The notes beneath the pieces were generated by a model. It worked only from the letters and a program-made list of their open reading frames with translations. It had not been told where the DNA came from and ran no database searches. From positions 4,513 through 68,512 of the IMG/VR virus record IMGVR_UViG_2511231035_000001: DNA of 64,000 bases; one strand, written 5' to 3'. This document shows, in pieces, positions 58,681 through 64,000 of this stretch. A program made the translations under genes and the position numbers. Source of the DNA: a virus (taxonomy: Duplodnaviria; Caudoviricetes). Numbering within the stretch: position 1 is the stretch's first letter; every line of letters begins with the position of its first letter.

Positions 58681-59778
58681 TTATGCCGCTACGTTTCCTT
58701 GATCTACATTTTTGATCTGTTTTTTAAATGCAGACTCTAAGTTTTTACCAAAGTTTATAAATGGTTTTTCAATTAAATAATGCAGTGCCGTAGCAATGAA
58801 AAGGCATATAAAACTTGCCAAAATAAATTTTGGCATACCAGTGGTATCCCACCACCAAGATGGCCTATAAAACTCTAAGCATTTAATTATAAGGTAGTGC
58901 GACATATACAACGAATATGATATATCACCTAAGAATACTAAAGCCTTATAACTTTTAAATCCTATTGACTTATCATAAGTTAAGCAACCAACCAGCAGAG
59001 TTAAAGACCATACTCCAAAAGATGTTAACCCGAATCCGTATGTTTTTGATAAAAAATACATTGATAGAAATATAAGTAAGCAAGAATAATAAATTATGGC
59101 AGAGTAATTTCTTTCAATCTTAACTCCCGAGCTGTAAACATAATAAAGTGTCATGCCTATTACAAATTCAACCAGTATGGGTGAACTTACAAACCTAATC
59201 AGCCCGTTGTTTACGTTTACAGCTGCGTCTGCGGAAAGAGAGAACTGACTCGAGAAAATTAATTGTAGAATTACAATTGGTAAGATGATTAGTAATGATG
59301 ATATCAACAATCTATACTTATGGCTCAATGCCATAGACACCATGAAAATAAAGTAAAAATAAACTTCATAACCAAGAGTCCAAGCTGGGCCTAAAATGTT
59401 AAAGCCAAAGCCTGGTGATTGCTTAGAATAATTATTGTGTATAAACAAAGCCGATCTGAACAGTTCATTGGAAGAATGATATCCATATACCGTAAATATC
59501 CCAATAACAAATATAAAAATAAACAATGGATATATTCTAAAGAATCTTCTTACAATAAATGTAAGTGATTTCACAGGCTTGTGTGTTGCTAGGGCGATTA
59601 TAAAACCACTTATCATAAAAAATAAGTCGACGCCAAACGCACCGGCTCCAAAAATCTTTGTTCCTAAATCTAAATTTTGCGTATATACGCCATCTAGAAA
59701 GCTTCTGAAGTGGAAAAAAACGACTAGCAGCGCAGCTATTCCACGCAAGTGGTGGACGCAAATTACTTTATTGTTCAT
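58681..59778 (-). CDS. Acyltransferase-3 (OafA/Oac-like) surface polysaccharide O-acyltransferase
   Basis: LRGIAALLVVFFH, GVDLFFMISGFII, RRFFRIYP, WTLGYEVYFY, LGDISYSLYMSH; multi-TM; AT-rich. Confidence 0.92.
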   Translation of the reverse strand: MNNKVICVHHLRGIAALLVVFFHFRSFLDGVYTQNLDLGTKIFGAGAFGVDLFFMISGFIIALATHKPVKSLTFIVRRFFRIYPLFIFIFVIGIFTVYGYHSSNELFRSALFIHNNYSKQSPGFGFNILGPAWTLGYEVYFYFIFMVSMALSHKYRLLISSLLIILPIVILQLIFSSQFSLSADAAVNVNNGLIRFVSSPILVEFVIGMTLYYVYSSGVKIERNYSAIIYYSCLLIFLSMYFLSKTYGFGLTSFGVWSLTLLVGCLTYDKSIGFKSYKALVFLGDISYSLYMSHYLIIKCLEFYRPSWWWDTTGMPKFILASFICLFIATALHYLIEKPFINFGKNLESAFKKQIKNVDQGNVAA

Positions 59779-60042
59779 TGTGCTGACTCAGTTTTGAGTT
59801 TGAATGATATTCAATTGATAGCAGAAGAATCTGGAAAATTATAAACCAATCTTATCAGTTATAAAGACTTTGGCAAGAATTTGTAAAGGAAATGCTTACA
59901 TGTGCAGGCTTGGGGGAAGAATACCACCTGCACGGCAGTTAAGATAAACCCTAAATTACCAATAACCCACATATGCATTATTGTGTATAGTACCGCCATT
60001 AACTACGATGGAGGTGTGCTATGCACTGTGCAGGTGGTTTCC

Positions 60043-60432
60043 ATGACTGATCCAATATCAAGCGCTGGGACAACCGCTGTCATCAGCGGCCTAAGCGGGT
60101 CGGCGTGGCTCAGTTTTTTCTATGGTGTTCCCCCTGAAGTGGTGCTTGGTGCGTTCTCTGGATCGGTAATTTTCGTAACAGCCGCCCAGGAATACCCGAT
60201 TAAACGCCGTCTTCTTCTGGCTCTTGTCAGCTTCATTGCCGGCATACTGGTTTCACGTCCTGCCGCTGGCATTCTTATCGCCATCATTTCCAAGTGGGCC
60301 TCTGTTGGCCCGGATGCGGTCGAGGTGAAATCAGCATATGCAGGTGCTGCGCTGATTATGTCAGTCGTCGCTGTCAAAGGTTTGATGTATCTCTACCGGC
60401 GCTCGGGCAATCCACAGGGCAGCTCTGAATAG
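60043..60432 (+). CDS. Putative holin
   Basis: Several TM segments; VVLGAFSGSVIFV; first gene of the lysis cassette. Confidence 0.8.
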   Translation: MTDPISSAGTTAVISGLSGSAWLSFFYGVPPEVVLGAFSGSVIFVTAAQEYPIKRRLLLALVSFIAGILVSRPAAGILIAIISKWASVGPDAVEVKSAYAGAALIMSVVAVKGLMYLYRRSGNPQGSSE

Positions 60433-60443
60433 AGGTAACGATC

Positions 60444-60749
60444 ATGACAACGTATGACCTGCTACAGCTTTCGAATGCCATTCTGTGCGGCGTGATCGTA
60501 ATGCGTCTTCTCACGTTCCGCCGCGAGAGCGCTACTCACAAACCGGCGGGGAGCTGGCTGGCCTACGCCATTATTGTGATCTGCGCTTCCGTTCCCATCC
60601 GCATCTCTTACGGCTACCACGTCAGCACTGACTGGGCCGACCTCCTCATAAAAATCCTGCTGTGTGGTGCGCTGCTGAAAACGCGCGGCAATGTCATGCA
60701 GCTTTTCACCATCGCTCACCGGGGAAAGAAACGTGAAAATCTCAGATAA
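60444..60749 (+). CDS. Second putative holin / antiholin (3 TM)
   Basis: RLLTFRR..SWLAY..KTRGNV. Confidence 0.78.
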   Translation: MTTYDLLQLSNAILCGVIVMRLLTFRRESATHKPAGSWLAYAIIVICASVPIRISYGYHVSTDWADLLIKILLCGALLKTRGNVMQLFTIAHRGKKRENLR

Positions 60750-61248
60750 CGGTATCGCCGTGATTAAGCATTTTGAAGGGCTGGCCACGAAGGCCTATCC
60801 GGATCCTGCTACCGGCGCCGCGCCGTGGACAATCGGGTATGGCCACACCGGTACCGATGTTCGTCCGGGCATCGTATGGAATCAGGCGCAGGCCGAATCG
60901 GTGCTGAAGTCTGACATAGCTGCGTTTGAATCGATGGTCAGCAATGCGCTGATCACCACTGTTAGCCAGGCGCAATTTGATGCGCTGGTGTCGTTCTGCT
61001 TTAACGTCGGTCCGGGTAGAAAGGGCGTGAAGGATGGTCTGCTGGTGCTGAAAAACGGTAACCCTTCCAGTCTGCTGCGGCTCACTAATGCGCGTGACTT
61101 TGATGGCGCGGTGCGTCAGTTCAAATACTGGAGCAACGCAAACGGCAAACCGTTCAAAGGTCTGGTGCGCCGTCGCGCTGCTGAAGCTGCGTTGTACTCG
61201 GGCCTTGATTGCGCTGCAGCAATTGCGCGCGGCATGGCGGCCGCATGA
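60733..61248 (+). CDS. GH24 lysozyme (no SAR domain)
   Basis: GTG start; IKHFEGL..AYPD..WTIGYGHT; GLVRRRAAE. Confidence 0.92.
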   Translation: MKISDNGIAVIKHFEGLATKAYPDPATGAAPWTIGYGHTGTDVRPGIVWNQAQAESVLKSDIAAFESMVSNALITTVSQAQFDALVSFCFNVGPGRKGVKDGLLVLKNGNPSSLLRLTNARDFDGAVRQFKYWSNANGKPFKGLVRRRAAEAALYSGLDCAAAIARGMAAA

Positions 61249-61796
61249 TATTCGCGTTCCTGAAAGCGTACTGGAAGCCACTGGCGGCGCTGCTGCTGGT
61301 GGTGGGCGCTTTGTGGCTGGTTCATCACCTGGGTTATTCCTCCGGCCACGCCGCTGCTGATTCCGCCTGGCAGGGTAAGTGGAATCAGCGCGATAAGGAT
61401 GATGATGCCGCGCGGCTGGCGTTCACACAGGAACAGCGGCGCATTGAGCTGGCTCGCCAGGCAAGCATTGATCAGATACAGAGAGAAGCCGATGAAGAGA
61501 ACCGCAAAGCGAATGCTGCCCGCGCTGCTGCTCAGCTTGCTGCTGGCAGGCTGCAGTCTGGGATTGAGAACGCAATCACCCAACTACAGCAGCGACGTGG
61601 CAGCGATACCGGAACTACCTCCGGGGGCAAGGTTGGGGCCAGCACCGGCGATCTGCTTGCCGACCTGTACAGAGAACTTAACCAAACGGCAGGGGAGCTG
61701 GCAGACGAAGCTGACCGGCGCGGACGTGTTGCCTTAGCATGCGAAAGGTCATACGATGCGATCCGCAACAGATCAATAATCCCGCCTAAAAAATAG
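61245..61796 (+). CDS. i-spanin (DUF2514-like Rz)
   Basis: N-terminal TM, coiled coil, ADRRGRVALACERSY. Confidence 0.85.
   Translation: MIFAFLKAYWKPLAALLLVVGALWLVHHLGYSSGHAAADSAWQGKWNQRDKDDDAARLAFTQEQRRIELARQASIDQIQREADEENRKANAARAAAQLAAGRLQSGIENAITQLQQRRGSDTGTTSGGKVGASTGDLLADLYRELNQTAGELADEADRRGRVALACERSYDAIRNRSIIPPKK
61492..61737 (+). CDS. Embedded o-spanin lipoprotein (Rz1-like)
   Basis: LLLAGC lipobox and Pro-rich region in an alternate frame. Confidence 0.75.
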   Translation: MKRTAKRMLPALLLSLLLAGCSLGLRTQSPNYSSDVAAIPELPPGARLGPAPAICLPTCTENLTKRQGSWQTKLTGADVLP

Positions 61797-61988
61797 TCAC
61801 TTCATTCTAGAAACGGTACGGCAGACGGTATGTAATCATCAGTCCGCTAGCTACCATCAATTAAATCATGCAGTTAAATATTTAGGGCACAATAGCATTA
61901 GTGTCATCTTGTCGCTGTAGTGTTGTGGCTCGCGGTTGCCCCGTTGCAACCTGTTATCCAGACATCTGACCACGACGGAGCATTGATT

Positions 61989-62621
61989 ATGGCACTCACT
62001 GCTGTGCAACCGGCAAAATTGCAACATACCGTTATCGATCCTAGCGTGCGTATGCGCGAAACCCACATTGGCGAGCAGTGTGAAGTGCTGGCAGAGAGTT
62101 ATCTTGAGTACAGCGAATTGGGGGATTTCTCCTATCTGGGCGAACACTGCTGCATCGCCGATACCCAGATTGGGCGCTTTACGGCTATTGCCAATCACGT
62201 GCGACTGGGTGCGCCCAATCACCCGATGGATCGCGCCTCACAGCATCGATTCACCTATTGCCCGGAATATTATGATGCGCAGGCAGAGCGCGATAATGGC
62301 TTTTTCGCCGATCGTCGTGCCGATCGCGTGATTGTGGGTAACGATGTATGGATTGGTCATGGCGTGATTGTGCTGCCGGGCGTGACCATCGGCGATGGTG
62401 CGGTGCTGGCGGCGGGCGCGGTGGTCACCAAAGATGTGCCGCCGTATACCATTGTTGGTGGCGTACCCGCCAAAGTGATTCGAACGCGTGTTGCTGCGGA
62501 CATTGCCGCCCAGCTGCAGGCGATTGCCTGGTGGAACTGGCCGCTGGAGAAGCTCATGGCGAATCTGGCAGATTTTCAGTCATCCGACCTTGCCGCGTTC
62601 TGCCAGCGGCATGGCAAGTAA
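61989..62621 (+). CDS. Hexapeptide-repeat acetyltransferase, phosphonate-metabolism-associated type; probably chromosomal
   Basis: LbH repeats; [14 protein letters not shown]; [15 protein letters not shown]. Confidence 0.85.
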   Translation: MALTAVQPAKLQHTVIDPSVRMRETHIGEQCEVLAESYLEYSELGDFSYLGEHCCIADTQIGRFTAIANHVRLGAPNHPMDRASQHRFTYCPEYYDAQAERDNGFFADRRADRVIVGNDVWIGHGVIVLPGVTIGDGAVLAAGAVVTKDVPPYTIVGGVPAKVIRTRVAADIAAQLQAIAWWNWPLEKLMANLADFQSSDLAAFCQRHGK

Positions 62622-62683
62622 CTATCGCGCAAGCGTCATTTGGCGTTGCCGATAATCTCAAGTAAACTCAAAATACCCCATTT

Positions 62684-64000
62684 TTGAGATTGCTTGAGAT
62701 GAAATTACGTCGTCCACCTACTCAACTTATTGATTCTTTGCAAGTCAATGAGATCAACGCGCTGCTAACGACTTATGCAGAGTGGGATGAACGCTATCTT
62801 CATTTTGATGAGCTCTATCGCCGTATCAGTGATAACAAAACACGTGAAAAGTTATGGAGCGCGTTGAAATTTAAGCGGCGTGGAACGGCACAGCACTTTG
62901 TTATTGCTGACGAGAGCGTCACCTGTAACTTAACGCCCAGAATCACCGCGGCCATCTCGCTGGTCGACCGCATGACCTTTGCCCGTAATGGGGAGCCAAC
63001 GAATGAGGATGCCGCCTCCTATTTGATGTCGCAGTTGATCATGGAAGAGGCGATTTCATCTAGCCAGTTAGAAGGCGCGGCGACCACCTCACGTGTGGCC
63101 ATGGAGTTGCTGGCAGTTGGACGAGCACCGCGCAACGAAGATGAAAGCATGATCATGGGCAATTGGCGCCTGATGCAGCACATTGCCACGCTAGGCGATG
63201 CTCCGCTAACCCGCGCCGATATTTTGGAAATTCATCACATCGCCTGCACGGGCATCAATGATGCGAAATATCGCCCAGGTGAAGTCCGTGATAATAACGA
63301 TGTCTATGTTGCAGGACGTGATGGTGAAATCATTCATCAGCCACCAGACTATCAGCGGCTCAATGGCCTTTTGGACGCGCTATGTGCCGAAGTTGCCCGG
63401 CTGGAACAGCAGGGCTCGCATCCATTACTGGTGGCCTGCGTCATTCATTTTGCTATCGGCTATATACATCCTTTCAATGATGGTAACGGACGTACCGCGC
63501 GCGGGCTGTTTTACCATCATCTCATTCGACAGGGTTACAGTGCTTTCCGCTACATCTCCATCAGCAAATTATTAAAGGCAGCAGCGGTAAAGTACGGCAT
63601 TTCCTATCTCTATAGCGAAACGGATGAGATGGACCTGACCTATTTCGTGCAGTTTCAGTGTGAAGTAGTCATGCGCGCAGTCAACGCTTTCACTGAGCAA
63701 ATTGCCACGTTACATGAAGAGCGAGAACGTTTGGTCACGTGGGTTGAGCAACATATGACATTAGCTAAAGGTGAGCTGGATATTATGGCTATCGCGCTCA
63801 ATGCACCGGGTTCGTTACTCAGTTCTGCCGGCATCAAAACACGTCTCGGCATTGCCGATAACACTGCGCGGGCGCGCTTAAAAAGCCTCGCCGAGCAAGG
63901 ACTACTGCGTCCACTGAAGGATGGAAAAGGGACGGTGTATCAGGCACCCGTTTCGTTGCGCAAGCTGCAAGAGTGGTTGAAAAAACGTGAAGGCAAATAG
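62684..64000 (+). CDS. Fic-family protein with inhibitory SSQLEG motif and C-terminal wHTH
   Basis: IHPFNDGNGRTAR catalytic loop. Confidence 0.92.
   Translation: MRLLEMKLRRPPTQLIDSLQVNEINALLTTYAEWDERYLHFDELYRRISDNKTREKLWSALKFKRRGTAQHFVIADESVTCNLTPRITAAISLVDRMTFARNGEPTNEDAASYLMSQLIMEEAISSSQLEGAATTSRVAMELLAVGRAPRNEDESMIMGNWRLMQHIATLGDAPLTRADILEIHHIACTGINDAKYRPGEVRDNNDVYVAGRDGEIIHQPPDYQRLNGLLDALCAEVARLEQQGSHPLLVACVIHFAIGYIHPFNDGNGRTARGLFYHHLIRQGYSAFRYISISKLLKAAAVKYGISYLYSETDEMDLTYFVQFQCEVVMRAVNAFTEQIATLHEERERLVTWVEQHMTLAKGELDIMAIALNAPGSLLSSAGIKTRLGIADNTARARLKSLAEQGLLRPLKDGKGTVYQAPVSLRKLQEWLKKREGK

Larger units (their letters stand above)
35827..61800 (+). mobile_element. Epsilon15/phiV10/SPC32H-like podovirus packaging, virion, conversion and lysis module
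   Basis: Order terS-terL-small gene-portal-scaffold-capsid-cement-tail-ejection proteins-ant-tailspike-acyltransferase-lysis, as recalled for epsilon15-like phages. Confidence 0.9.

Noticed and set aside
61797-61988. attR core at the right prophage boundary
   Set aside because: AT-rich and arm-site-like, but no matching direct repeat or tRNA end found in the window, so no att is called
1-64000. Retron, DGR, invertase or IS elements
   Set aside because: No reverse transcriptase, recombinase or transposase motifs seen in any ORF

Overview
Nearly the whole window (1 to ~61,800) is prophage DNA of an enterobacterium (family not determinable; an Erwiniaceae-like host is only a guess). It holds TWO apparently intact virion-building modules pointing away from ONE lambdoid immunity switch. 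Leftwards (minus strand) from cro: YmfL/CII-like, O-like replication gene with five iterons, ParB-like, MT-A70 methylase, RusA, Q, pinholin/SAR-endolysin/Rz-Rz1, a glycosyltransferase cluster, HNH, cos region, and an HK97-type head plus lambda-type long tail (a siphovirus, running off the window start). Rightwards (plus strand) from pL: a hairpin-rich leader and early genes (YfdR, Ea22-like and others). These run not into xis/int but into an epsilon15/phiV10/SPC32H-like podovirus set: terS, terL, portal, capsid, cement, tail, ejection proteins, LexA-controlled antirepressor, tailspike, O-acyltransferase and a second lysis cassette. No integrase, and no second repressor or replication gene, is visible. 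The last 2.2 kb look chromosomal (phosphonate-linked hexapeptide transferase, Fic protein). Fine-scale signals read from the sequence: two operator families sharing a TACC-N5-GGTA core; six copies of a GTGAC-AY-GTYAC palindrome across both halves; a 127-nt structured element duplicated in inverted orientation; a DicF-like sRNA; tandem Fur-type boxes beside cos; two LexA boxes; and a secreted protein made of six IGGTTY repeats. All family assignments come from motif recognition and memory, not database searches.
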